Assembly (NCBI GenBank): GCA_951804945.1
Contig: OX638153.1
Location: 45,322,001 to 45,386,000, forward strand
DNA length: 64,000 bases
Direction of reading: 5' to 3'
Origin: Podarcis cretensis
Taxonomy: Eukaryota
In this document: positions 1 to 11,400 of the stretch, one piece after another
Numbering within the stretch: the first letter of the stretch is position 1
Layout: every line of letters begins with the position of its first letter
Made by a program: the position numbers and the translations under genes
Notes under the pieces: generated by a model
Database searches by the model: none
Told to the model about the DNA's origin: nothing
Seen by the model: the letters and a program-made list of their open reading frames with translations, nothing else

Positions 1-985
1 GCGCCAAGCAAAAACATTCCTCTACAATCTGACCTTTGGCTGTTAACTATCTATGGCCTTTTAAAGTTGGGGGGGGGGTTGCTTTTGTTTTTAGAAAGAT
101 GCTTTGATTTGCCTTCAGCAAGACAAAGCATCCAATAAATTTAGTAAGAATGATATATATACAGGTGGCAACCATTTTGCACATGTTCAATTGGCGTATG
201 ACCAGGGTTATAAACTCAAATATGTAGGTTAGGCGCCAAATGGCTCCTTCAACCAGGGTTACAGTTTCAAAAGCAGAAAGTCTAATTGCCATTTTGGGGC
301 ACAATTCATTCTGATTGTGCAGTTAAAATATAACAGTATAGAGTAAGCAGCACATAAGCAGCACACAAAACGCTACCAAACCATTCTATGTTCTATGTGA
401 GCTCTCTCAATTTTTGGATTATTAATATAAGATTTAGAATGTAGAATGGTTTGGTAGCGTTTTGTGTGCTGCTTATGTGCTACTTACTTTATACAGATAA
501 AATATAACAGAGTTCTAAAGGATGTGGTGCCAGTGTGTGAAAACAGTCAAGATCCAAGGATCCCCAGACATGCACCTCCAGATAGTGGAGACATCAGGTA
601 CCATCCTGGTGCCTGGGCATCTTCACTTGGTTGCAAGTGGCTGATAGCCAAGTGCAAAATGCGCCTGGAAAATTTTGAACACTGCGTGTGGCTGTGATTA
701 ACCAGTACTTATGATTGAGGATTCTTTATGTGTGATCTTAACCATCTTTTTCAAGGTTGTGGAAGCCACTTGTTCTCACAAGGAGGCTTGTCTCACTTCC
801 TGGCTCCAACCAGTCATTCCTTCTCAGTGTTATAAGCCATCCTTGAAATCCTCAGCAAAGTAAGTTGGTCTGACATATTCAGAGACCAAACTGCAGAATT
901 TATGACATCCAGGCTGAGATAGCTGCAGGTGATTTTATCCTCAAAGCAAATATATTCTACTGCACCCCTATGGGTTTTACAATTA

Positions 986-1207
986 CAGTTGTACCTTGTT
1001 TTGCGACTGGGTTCCGTTCCAGAGCTTTGGCTTCTAGCCGAAAAGGACGCAGGGCAAAGCGCCATGTATGCGTGTGGAGCGGTTTGCACTTCTGCTCATG
1101 CATGAGCAGCAAACCCGGAAATAACCAGTTCTGGTACTTCTGGGTTTGTTGTGGCCATTCGCTGGAATGGACGCTAGAAAAGACGGATGTTCGCGGAGGT
1201 ATTACTG
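986..1207. mobile_element. Tc1/mariner-type non-autonomous MITE
   Basis: TA|CAGTTGTACCT...AGGTATTACTG|TA: imperfect terminal inverted repeats flanked by TA; ends resemble other CAGT-ended copies in the window. Confidence 0.7.
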
Positions 1208-2123
1208 TATCATGTTATGGACGACATTGAAAGCTACTGTAAGCTCCCCCCCCCCGAAAAATTATGTTGGTCTACAACAAACTAACACAATCGTGGTGCA
1301 GATGCATTTTGCCATCAATATTATTGTCACAGTGGGTCAAAAAATGGGCTCATATGCTGCTACATTTAAGTCTTCTGCCATTTGAGCTCAAGCTATCGCC
1401 AAACTTGTGTGCAACTCCTAACATGTGGTAGGCTGATAGAATGTGACAGCCCCATGATTGTAATGGTACCTTTTACCTTGTAATGGTAGCAATGAATTCC
1501 AGAGACACACCAACAAAATTTCCAACATACACGTTGAGAACTTCGCAGAAACAAATGCCTGCAAATCTTCAACACCACACCAGACTACTGATCAGCTGTA
1601 CAATAGGATTTCTAATCCATCCTTATTGCCCAGCACCAGTTATACTCAGAACCTGGAGTTGACCAGAAAAGGAGATGAAGTCTCTGTAGACTGCAGCCAA
1701 TACCTCCTGTCAGACCACCTGGCCTAGAACTATCCAAATCTTTTGTTATCTGACCATCCATCACCAACTGCATCTCATTCTGCCCAAAAGAACTTCAGAA
1801 GGACCCATCTCCCAGAGATTTGAGCCTTAGGTTTCTAGAGGTCTTAGTCCATTAGTCCACTTACACCACTATAACCATTACACCACATCAGGAAACACTC
1901 AGACACATACTAAAACAATGCAACATTGTTAAAGGTATTACAGAATCAGTATAATAAGGTGTATTGATAAAGAACTTAAGCAAGGAAACATACAAATAAA
2001 ACAACACCAGCAACTATCTAAAGGATAGACTTAACGTCATGCTGCAGTCACCTAGTAGTACTTCTGAAGGGGAACATTCAGAACTTCACCAACTGGTGGG
2101 TAGTTTTGTCTCTCAGCTTAAAC

Positions 2124-2377
2124 CAGGGGTAGAAAACCTAAGGCCTGTAGGCCGGATGCGGCCTAATCGCCTTCTCAATCTGGCCCACGGACGGTCTGGG
2201 AACCAGTGTGTTATTACATGAGTAGAATGTGTCCTTTTATTTAAAATGCATCTCTGGGTTATTTGTGAGGCATAGGAATTCGTTCATTATTTTTTCCTTC
2301 AAAATATAATCTGGCCCACCACATGGTCTGAGGGACAGTGGACCCCGCCCACGGCTGAAAAAGGTTGCTGACCCCTG
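2124..2377. mobile_element. hAT-family MITE (254 bp)
   Basis: CAGGGG...CCCCTG termini with exact 8-bp target duplication GCTTAAAC (2116-2123 and 2378-2385). Confidence 0.85.
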
Positions 2378-3361
2378 GCTTAAACCATCACTATCTAAAG
2401 CTTTCACCTAGATCTTTTCATCTCCCCCCCCCCCGAGGTTTCTCACCTAGAAAACAAACAAGTGAGTTACATCCAGTATTGTGGGTTCTCAAAATAAAAT
2501 AAATTTAATTGAAAAACAGCATATTTTGCATTCAGTAGTTTTTAGTTTGTCTCACGTTTTTGATAATTTAACATATTTTAATAATTTAAACACAAACATA
2601 AACAGTTTAGAACTGTCTAGTTTTGCTGTAACTACAATTGCATTTGGCATCCATGCATTATTGCTAATGAATCAGATCCCCCCCCCCCCAGAAAAACAAA
2701 GCACAGGGAAATGTTCTCTCAGGCTTCACTTGCTCTATTCAATTCTTCTAGCATCCTAACACTGCAGCTTACCACGGCTGAACCCCGTCACTATAAACAA
2801 ATATAGTTTTTCTTACTACAGCGGTCCCAGTTCCTCTTTTTATTTTACTGCTTCCCTTGTTTCTATAGGTAAACAAAACAGCTTCTATAGATACATCCAA
2901 CGAGATTTCTTTCCTTTTAAACAGATTGTATTATCTCCAAGGCCAGTCTCTACATGTTGCTTCATAAATACCAAGTGAAAGCGCCCAGGGCACCAGGTTG
3001 GGAAAAGCTGCATGACGGCTCCACGGGCGACTTCGTTATCAAGCTCAGCTGTTTTGTATTCTCAGCACGCATTTTGCTTCTTCTCACCTCGCATGGCTGT
3101 CTTCCCGAAAGGTCGCCCACTCGCCCTGCCATCCCCCCCACCGCCAAACACAGCTTTCTTCCCCCTCGTATCCCGCTTCCCACGGCGGCTCGGCCCAGGC
3201 TACCTGCCGCCCCTTTTAGCCGCGCTCCGCTTCCTATCGCCGCCTCCCCCTTCTTCCCTCTCACGACCGTTTCCTCTCGCGCAAGGCTTGCCTCCCCTGC
3301 CCCCCCCCGGGAAGTGTGTGTGTGTGAGGGAGAGAAATGTCGCCTCACACGGGGCACTTAC

Positions 3362-3433
3362 ATGGTCGGCGCTACTGTTGGTGCTGTAGTAATAAACGGA
3401 ACTGAACGTGTAGCCTGAAATGGAAGCCGCCAT
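3362..3433 (-). CDS. ABRAXAS2: ABRAXAS2 (FAM175B/ABRO1, BRISC complex subunit) coding exon 1; gene continues left of window
   Basis: Encodes [24 protein letters not shown], closely matching the recalled vertebrate N-terminus [24 protein letters not shown]. 72 nt followed by a GTAAGT donor; syntenic with EEF1AKMT2. Confidence 0.92.
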
Positions 3434-3856
3434 GATGGAGCCCCGCCGCCGCCGCCGCCACCTCCGACGACGGTCCCACAAACCACCGCACCTGCGCCTC
3501 CCCGGCTCACCCTCGCGCCCGGGCTTCCGGCGAGCGCCGCGAGGCCTCCTGGGAAACGTAGTTTCCCCGCGAACCGTTAGAAGCCCATGGGTCTGAGGGA
3601 AAAGGCCCCCTCAGGAGCACCCGGGGCCTGGCCGTGAAAAGGCGCGGTATAGCGAAATAGCTGCACGGAGAATGTCAGGATTCGGAGCAAGGCCTTCTTT
3701 CATTTCTCGTAACTGGGGCCAGTGGCCCAGCCCCGGTTCCCACCTTTCCGCCAATTATAGGCGGACTCCTATTGACTGCAATGGAGGTTGAACCGCTTCC
3801 TCTTCCCCAGGGGGAGTTAGAGAAGAGGTGACGTAATGGGGGCGGGGCATGGTAGG

Positions 3857-3882
3857 TCTCTCTCTCTCTCTCTCTCTCTCTC
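3857..3882. repeat. (CT)n microsatellite in promoter
   Basis: Direct CT dinucleotide run followed by a C-tract. Confidence 0.9.
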
Positions 3883-4091
3883 CCCCCCCCTTCCCGGCTT
3901 TTCTTCCTGCCGCGGCTACTGTAGCCTCGGAAACAGCTGGTGCTTCCCAGCCTTACCCTCAAAACCCCACAGGAAGAGGTTAAAGGAGCAAGGAAGGGCA
4001 GGTCCTCCAGCAGCCTAGAGAGGCAAAGATTAAAGAGATGGGTTGGCAGCGCGCTGCTTCCTGTCGCGATCGGGCTGGCCGCCGTTCGGCA

Positions 4092-4144
4092 ATGGGCGCC
4101 CGGGAGGAGGAGTTCGGCCCTTCGGCCCTGGGCACCAAAGAGCA
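4092..4144 (+). CDS. EEF1AKMT2: EEF1A lysine methyltransferase 2 exon 1
   Basis: gcaATGg start; MGAREEEFGPSALGTKE(H) matches the conserved PSALGT(R/K)EHW motif; donor CA|GTGAGT. In-frame upstream ATG at 4038 is an alternative start. Confidence 0.88.
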
Positions 4145-5613
4145 GTGAGTGCTGCGCCGCCGCGTGGGGAGCAGCTGGGCTGGAGGCACCGCGGGAGGCT
4201 TCGCCTTCCCTTCGCGACGTTTGGGCTGAACCCAAATCCCGTTGATGGAGCTCGATTCTCCTTGAAGTCAATGGGACTCGACTTGCCTTTACTGCAATGG
4301 GACCTGTATTCAGCTTAACCTAGATTGGTCCTAGACGCCCTAATTGAATAAGTCCTCTGGTTCAGTCGCGAAACTAAGTGTCCTGATGACTTGCCGGAGT
4401 CCCCCCTCACTTGCTTTTAATGATGTGCAAAACATCATCACCATCATCATATAAAGGAACGAAAAACCCACCTCGTTATTAATATTTTAAAGCAACTTCA
4501 TTTGTTTTTAGACTAACCCCTGTTAAAATGGTCAGCTGCACGGTTTCAAAAAGCAAAACGGAAACAAGGGGTTTAAATCTTGTCCTATGGGGAAGTGTTG
4601 TGTTTTTTTATTTAATTGATTTAAATTATATGTGAACAGTGGTTGCATTCTGAAATGCACAGCATTACCTGCCAACTGCATACAAATCGGTGGAGGGGGA
4701 AATGTGAAGTTTCTGTTAAATGCAACTCCGTACAAAGTAGAGGAGGGTTATTGTTTGTGTGGCAACTGCCATGGCAATATGGTTTTTAATATTGGCCCTA
4801 TGAATGAATTCAGAGTAAGTTTGTACATGTGTGTTGGTAAAGTTTTTGTCGACTGATCTTCATTAAGTTAATACAGGTTCAGGGCCTTTCTTGGTCCTAG
4901 AATACTCTGGATTGTGTGGTGTAGAAAGGGCACCTAAGGGCATGTGCAGAATCTCACATCTGGGATTAGTGTGAGAGAGTTCTAGGTAAAATGTGTGACT
5001 ATTAGGCTGGCTTGAACCAAGTGGTATATTTCATTTTAGAAACTAAAAATGTAAGTTTAGTTTAGATGTGGTATTCCTCTGAATAACTGTGGCGAGGACT
5101 CAAGCAGGGAAATTTGTGTTGCGCTTGTGTCCTGTTCACTGTTTTCCCGTAGGCGTCTGGTTAATAAGTTTTGCCAGAGGAGCACAACTTCCTTTACTTG
5201 CAAATGTTAATTTGCTTACTTTTTGCATATGTAGGTTGTCAGCCAGTGTGCCGTGACACCCTGGGATGACTTGTTTTTAAGGTTTGAAAACATAGTCATT
5301 GTAAGATGTGGTATATTTTTGGGGCGTGGGGGGACGATAAATCATGCAGTGCTCTCCTGTGTATACTTACTTGTAAGGAGGTACTGCTGCATTCAGTGGA
5401 GCTTACTCTTACGTTAGTTGGCATATTCTGCAGCTTCACTGGGACTGGGTCAAGTTTTGGATCAGTGGTGAGTAGGGTTAAGGTAAAGGATGGGCTCTGG
5501 GTTTCTGTGGTAACAGGGTAGCCCCTACTTCCTTATGTAGTCCTTCCACACTATTGGATTACAAGATATGAAGCCATTGCAATGTTAACTTCCATGTTGT
5601 TTTCTCCCTGTAG

Positions 5614-5679
5614 TTGGGATGCAGCATATGAACGTGAACTGAAAAATTTTAAGGAAAATGGTGCTCCTGGTGAGATCTG
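5614..5679 (+). CDS. EEF1AKMT2: EEF1AKMT2 exon 2 (66 nt, GC donor)
   Basis: Acceptor ccctgtag; (H)WDAAYERELKNFKENGAPGEI(W); the frame requires donor TG|GCAAGT. Confidence 0.9.
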
Positions 5680-6245
5680 GCAAGTGTCAGTAACAACATA
5701 ACATGCTGCATTAAATGTTTTTGCATTATTTTCTTTCTAAAAGTGCATGCAATAAAATAAAATGGTACATCTGCTGTTTTGCTTAGAGTACTGGTAATGT
5801 GATGCAGAGGTTTTCATTAAAAACACCAGCTCTTGTCTAGGCTAAACCTGTTGCAAATTAAAATAGCTAATTATCATGTGCCATCTGTTTTTTATGTGGG
5901 AAATGAATTGCTGGCTACAGTCTGCTTGGTAGAGGCCAATTGTTCATATCCCTGATGTTTGTCAAAAATTGAATAAGTGCATAGACAAAGTTGCACTGCT
6001 GCTTTGTGTTTCTATAGATTAAAAAACAACAACACCAAACCCATCTCATCTTCTGTAATGTTAACCCAGCAGGTTTCAGAGCCATCCGTTCGCTTACAAA
6101 ATTAAGCCAAACTAACTTGCAATGTGATCTCTTGAGATTGATGCCATCATGAAGTGGATGCATTGCATGAGATTGACAATGTTCGTTTGCCTTTGTTTTG
6201 TGTAGTCTAATAGTGTTAGTTACCTGAACCTCTGTTTCTGATTAG

Positions 6246-6360
6246 GTTTGGTGAAGAAAGCATGACTCGTTTAATTAGATGGATAGAAAAGCAAAAGATA
6301 CCCCTGGACAGCTCTGTGCTTGACATTGGAACAGGAAACGGTGTTCTGCTGGTTGAATTG
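6246..6360 (+). CDS. EEF1AKMT2: EEF1AKMT2 exon 3
   Basis: FGEESMTRLIRWIEKQKIPLDSSVLDIGTGNGVLLVEL contains class I SAM-binding motif I (VLDIGTGNG); AG/GT boundaries. Confidence 0.95.
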
Positions 6361-8421
6361 GTTGGTATTTGTAAATCTGGTGTTTTTCGATGCGAATCTA
6401 AATCTAGTGACAGAGCAAGCAAGAGTTAAAACATTAGCTAAAATGCACAACGTCCATGTAATTTAACACTTCAGTGGCCTATCTCCATCTCCATTATTGA
6501 ACCATAGGAATTCATTCTGAATATGAATTGTTACAGTTCAGTTGCATAAAAATTATTCTGTATGTGTTTGTCACTTTAAACATCCAAAAGTTTTTAAACT
6601 GCTTTGAGGGTTTTATTTTACAATTAAGCGGCGTATAAATGCTATGAAATAAATAAAATATTATCAAAAGAAGAAGCATCACAAAATCAGCCCAGAGTAT
6701 CTAAAATGGTTTCATGTGTTACACTGAATTCTCAGTTTATTTCCTATACCCTTACTCTTCTTCTGATGAGAACCTAAGGCAGCTAACAATAAAAAATGCA
6801 GTATTAAAAATAAAAGTAGAACTGCAGTGCACAATACAACATGCAATAATAATCAGTGTTACATTATTATACAAACAGTCTCACTGTTATGTTCCAAAGG
6901 ACTGTCTGAACAAGTAGGTCTTAAATTGCTGCCTGAATTAACATTTTGTGTGTGTGAGAGAGAGGGGGAGGGGGAGAGAGATTTTACATCTCCTTTGTAG
7001 TGAGATGTGTGACCTGACTTCAACTAGTATCTGTCTTCTGGTAAAGTTGATTTAAGACTATGGATGTCATGTAGCACTAGAAAGGTGAAAAATTGATTCT
7101 GCACACATAACCACTTCTTTTGTGTCAGTGTTGCCTTTGAAAGCACCCTGTTCTGAGCCAGTTTATGAAATCCACAAATACATCGCTGTAATAGTGTTCT
7201 GATGCAATGCTCAGTAGTCTTTCCAGATTACAGCTTGAACTCACCCATGGAAAGTGTTCAAACTTTGTTATGTAGAAATAGTCCTTGTGGTCTTTCATGC
7301 TTGCTTCCTTAAGCAGCCAAGGCAATTTTAGCTTTCCTGAATTTCAGCTCAAATTATCTTTTACATTTGCCCAATATCCTCCAGCTGCTATACTACTTAA
7401 AATTCCAAGAACTAGATTACAGCAATAGCTTTTTTGGGCCAACCAAATGTTACTAAATAGTGAGAAAGTTTTTGAGTTCTCCAGAACTTGCATCAGGCAA
7501 AATGGTAAACAATACAAGGGGAAGGGGAGAGAGAAAAAATGTTGACACCAATAAATGGTCTTTAGATGGAACGTTGCCGGCAGTATTGAACATACTGAAG
7601 CTCTGTTAGTTGCATTGCTGAATTTAAGTTGTATCTGCTGCTGCAAAGGAGAAACATAAGACTGCTGATCCTTCCTTTTTTAGAAATACAAAATCCGGTT
7701 GTTGCCCAGATCTGTCTTCACCCTTAGGTGAAAGACACCTTGGTAAATGGAAAAAGGAACACTGAAAATTAGACAGCACTTACATTAACAATTCTGGAGC
7801 CTAATTTTAAGTGGTGGGCCAATATAACTATCTTTATTTGTTGTGTATATTGTTTCAGTGCTGTAGCTTGGCATGATGTGGCTTTTGGTGGGGAAAGATA
7901 CAGGGAATAGCCTCATCCAATCCCCCCCCCCCAATATTTGCAGGGTGAACTGAGTGTGGTTTTGTGATCCCACATGAGATTTCTCCCCTTTTCACATGGA
8001 GTGTTATCAGTAACACTTAATGTTCAGCCTTGCCTTTAATGCAGTGAATTAGCCTTTAACAATTTTGTCAACCTAAAAATTGAAATGGAATCTGATTCTT
8101 TCATGGGTCCTCTGGAATAAAAACAGGAATAAATATCAGGAACTATCTTTAGGTATAGTGTAGGCCTGAAGCTTGGTTGACTTCACAGTGATCTAAGCTA
8201 GCTGTGACTATGCGGGACTGAAACATAAGGATCCCACAAAGTATATGAAGTTTAGAAGAAAAACAGAGCGAAGATATTGCATGTATCTGAGATTTATTGC
8301 GATAATATCTCTCTTGTAAAATATGTCCTGCAGTTTAGCATCTTTGATGCACAAGTGCATGATCTTTGTTGCATTTTCTTCTATAACGTAGCATTGTTTG
8401 CTGCCATGTTTCAATCTTGTA

Positions 8422-8560
8422 CAGTCATACCTCGGGTTGAAGTAGCTTCGGGTTGAGTGTTTTTGGTTGCGCTCCATGGCAACCTGGAAGTAATGGAACG
8501 CGTTACTTCCGGGTTTTGCCGCTCCAGAACGGATCCCGTTTGCATCCAGAGGTACCACTG
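8422..8560. mobile_element. Tc1/mariner-type MITE (139 bp)
   Basis: TA|CAGTCATACCTC...GAGGTACCACTG|TA; related to the copy at 37036. Confidence 0.8.
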
Positions 8561-8650
8561 TATAGATTTTCTTCAAAGTAAATGGCATGAAAATCAACTA
8601 GTAAGCCAACGAAACATTTAATGGACTTAATGGACTTTTACTCTCTTTAG

Positions 8651-8758
8651 GCCAAATCTGGTTATACCAATCTTACAGGAGTTGACTATTCTTTGCCTGC
8701 AGTGCAGCTTTCAAAAAGCATAATGGAAAAAGAAGGGTTGCCTCACATTAAGTTGCAG
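8651..8758 (+). CDS. EEF1AKMT2: EEF1AKMT2 exon 4
   Basis: AKSGYTNLTGVDYSLPAVQLSKSIMEKEGLPHIKLQ (post-I motif GVDYS); acceptor ctctttag, donor CAG|GTAAGT. Confidence 0.95.
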
Positions 8759-8770
8759 GTAAGTCTTCAT

Positions 8771-9600
8771 GGGTGCAAAATGATAAGAGTATGGAGATAG
8801 GAGGGCTTTTCCTATAAAAAAGGCTAAAAATTTGGAATAACTTAGCTTAGGAAAAAATAACTGAGGGATGGACATTTATAAAATTAGGGACGCAGGTGGC
8901 GCTGTGGGTTAAAGCCTCAGCGCCTAGGGCTTGCCGATCGAAAGGTCGGCGGTTCGAATCCCTGCGGCGGGGTGCGCTCCCGCTGCTCGGTCCCAGCGCC
9001 TGCCAACCTAGCAGTTCGAAAGCACCTCCGGGTGCAAGTAGATAAATAGGGACCGCTTACCAGCGGGAAGGTAAACGGCGTTTCCGTGTGCGGCTCTGGC
9101 TCTGGCTCTGGCCAGAGCAGCGATGTCACGCTGGCCACGTGACCCGGAAGTGTCTCCGGACAGCGCTGGCCCCTGGCCTCTTAAGTGAGATGGGCGCACA
9201 ACCCCAGAGTCTGTCAAGACAGGCCCGTACGGGCAGGGGTACCTTTACCTTTACCTTTAAGTCTTCATGGGTGCAAAATGATAAGAGTATGGAGATAGGA
9301 GGGCTTTTCCTATAAAAAAGGCTAAAAATTTGGAATAACTTAGCTTAGGAAAAAATAACTGAGGGATGGACATTTATAAAATTAGGCATGTTGCAGTGAG
9401 AGCATAGATAGAATTTTTCTTCCTCTGTCATAAAGCAAAAGCCTGAGCCCCACCCCCCTTTTGGAAGTTTCAAAAGTTTCCTTGTGTGCTTCTTTACATA
9501 GAATTTTTTGCCACAAGATGTTGTGATGGGCACTAATTTAAGTGGCCTTAATATGGGCTTAAACACATTTACTGAGGGAAGGTCTATCGTTGGGTTCTGG
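8771..9600 (+). mobile_element. Degraded CR1 LINE 3' fragment interrupted by a SINE
   Basis: Resembles the recalled CR1 ORF2 end (cctata..aaaggctaaa..tttataaaatta.gcatg..gatgttgtgatggg..ggaaggtctatc); boundaries approximate. Confidence 0.55.
8887..9257 (+). mobile_element. Sauria SINE, full length, young
   Basis: tRNA-like head GGGACGCAGGTGGCGCTGTGG with B-box GGTTCGAATCC, CpG-rich body, (ACCTTT)n tail; flanked by a 129-bp direct repeat. Confidence 0.9.
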
Positions 9601-10264
9601 TCATGAAAACTAAATGGAATTTCCAAAGCCCGTCTTAAACTGAATACAAAACATTGAAATTGGGGCAAGTGTCAGGTGAGGCTTTTTGTTTTCACACTTA
9701 CCTAGAAGTTTCATTGAACATAGCGGGACTTTCTTCTGAATAGGTTTGTACTGTGTATGACCCTGGACCAATTACTCCCATATTTGGAGATTGCCTCATC
9801 TCTTTTAAACTAAAAAGTGGTATGAAATGTTTTTTGGCACTACACAGAATACATTGCCTACCAGGTTTTGTTTACACAACCAAGATTCAGAGCTTATTCT
9901 TTCAGGGTTGTTGTCCTGTGACCTCAGTCTCCCATGTATGGGAATAAGATCTAGGTGTCTCCATCACATTGTATTGCTATTTTATGCTGCCTTACGTTGA
10001 TTTTATGTTTTTTTTTAATTAGTCAGTATTTTACTGTTCTTACGAGAAATGTTTTGTAAACTGCCCTGTAGATTTTGTTGATGAATGATGCAGCAATATC
10101 TAAACAAGCAAATAAATAAAATATCCCTGAATGCCAGGTTTAGGAGTGTTCTGCACTTCTTTTCTTTCTATGATCCTAGGAAGGCATAGGCATAGTAGAC
10201 CTGATAGGAAATATTAAGTAATGACTGCACTAAGAGGTTTGACAGCTATAACTACCTTCTACAG

Positions 10265-10481
10265 GTAGAAGATATTTTAAATCCATCAGATGCATTATCA
10301 GACTTTCAGGTTTGCATTGATAAAGGGACTTTTGACGCAATCAGTCTGAACCCAGACAACGCAGCACAGAAGAGGAAGCAATATGTGAATTCCCTGCACA
10401 GAGTGTTGAAGCCTGGAGGCTTTTTCATCATAACGTCTTGTAACTGGACCAAAGAGGAGCTGCTCAAAGAGTTCCAAGAAG
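10265..10481 (+). CDS. EEF1AKMT2: EEF1AKMT2 exon 5
   Basis: VEDILNPSDALSDFQVCIDKGTFDAISLNPDNAAQKRKQYVNSLHRVLKPGGFFIITSCNWTKEELLKEFQE; DKGTFDA and LKPGG motifs; donor G|GTGAGT. Confidence 0.96.
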
Positions 10482-11077
10482 GTGAGTGCATGCCTCTCTT
10501 TAAGGTATTTTGGATATTAAGATACAGTACTAGTGAGAGAGCTTTGTGTCCCGACTTAACCTGCTCAGCCTGAATCGATATAGAGCAACCACTGCAAAGT
10601 TGTTCTAGGGCTGATGCTTAATATGCTCAATTGTGTGTGAATTTCTGTGAAGATGGTTTCTGCCTGAATACTTGGAATTCAGATGTACTTTTTGCTAACC
10701 TGAGCCATCACAGGCAGGTTGATAGAGGAGAAGGCATTCTTGCAGATAAATTAACCAAGTTTGTATTTACAGAAGGTAAATAGACTTTGGATTTTCTGGT
10801 CCCCAAGCTGTTTTCTGATTCCAGAAGTAATTATTGACATTGGTGGTTGGGGAAAATTGGAATTACTGGCATGATAGCAGCCTGTTGTCTGTTTATAATA
10901 CGAGGACTAAATCTTACCTTGGCAATATCGGTCAGCGATATAAAACATACAAGTCTATAGAAAGTGGTAGAGTCTTCTAATTTGTCTGTGCTCCATTTTG
11001 AATTAATATAAGTAGCTATCGAATGAGGATATAGCTTCATTTTTTCCTAACAAAAGCATTTTTCTTATGGTTAGCAG

Positions 11078-11175
11078 GCTTTCATCTTCTGGAGGAACTG
11101 CCAACACCCACATTCTGCTTTGGAGGAAGAACTGGAAACAGTGTAACTGCCTTGGTTTTCCAACAGAAAATATAA
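11078..11175 (+). CDS. EEF1AKMT2: EEF1AKMT2 exon 6 (terminal coding exon)
   Basis: (G)FHLLEELPTPTFCFGGRTGNSVTALVFQQKI-TAA matches the conserved F-x-FGGxxG C-terminus; TAGCAG acceptor. Confidence 0.93.
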
Positions 11176-11394
11176 AGTTTTCTTTTTAGGTGAACTTTGG
11201 ATAAGGACTTCATTCTAAATTTCACTGACATTTTGTATAAAAAATACAGGTTTCAGAAACAGCTTTCTCTTAACTACTCCTTATTGCAGTATGTCATTAT
11301 ATCAGCATTTTATACTACCTCAAATAGTGCTGGCGCAAATTAGGAACAGCTACCAATATTACTGATGATGAGACCATACCCATAAAGGCGATTT

Positions 11395-11400
11395 AATAAA
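11395..11400 (+). terminator. Candidate polyadenylation signal for EEF1AKMT2
   Basis: AATAAA ~220 nt after the stop; a second AATAAA at 11498-11503. Confidence 0.45.

Larger units (their letters stand above)
2980..4260. promoter_or_regulatory. CpG island / bidirectional promoter of ABRAXAS2 and EEF1AKMT2
   Basis: High GC and CpG density spanning two divergent first exons (ATGs at 3433 minus and 4092 plus). Motifs: ETS CTTCCGG 3524-3530, ZNF143/SBS-like CTGGGAAACGTAGT 3549-3562, CCAAT 3751-3755, CRE-like TGACGTAA 3829-3836, GC box ~3838-3847. Boundaries approximate. Confidence 0.85.

Noticed and set aside
775-825. Minus-strand EG...EVRQ resembling ABRAXAS2 exon 2 (EGFLLGEVRQ)
   Set aside because: Reads EGMTGWSQEVRQASL then stop, with wrong spacing and no matching downstream residues; exon 2 is probably outside the window
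2954-4318. Multiple overlapping 90-200 aa ORFs
   Set aside because: Low-complexity Arg/Pro/Ala/Gly products expected from stop-poor CpG-island DNA; only the short first exons are real
8887-8965. tRNA-like sequence with A/B boxes (also near 13279 and 47905)
   Set aside because: These are SINE heads that continue into SINE body and tail, not tRNA genes
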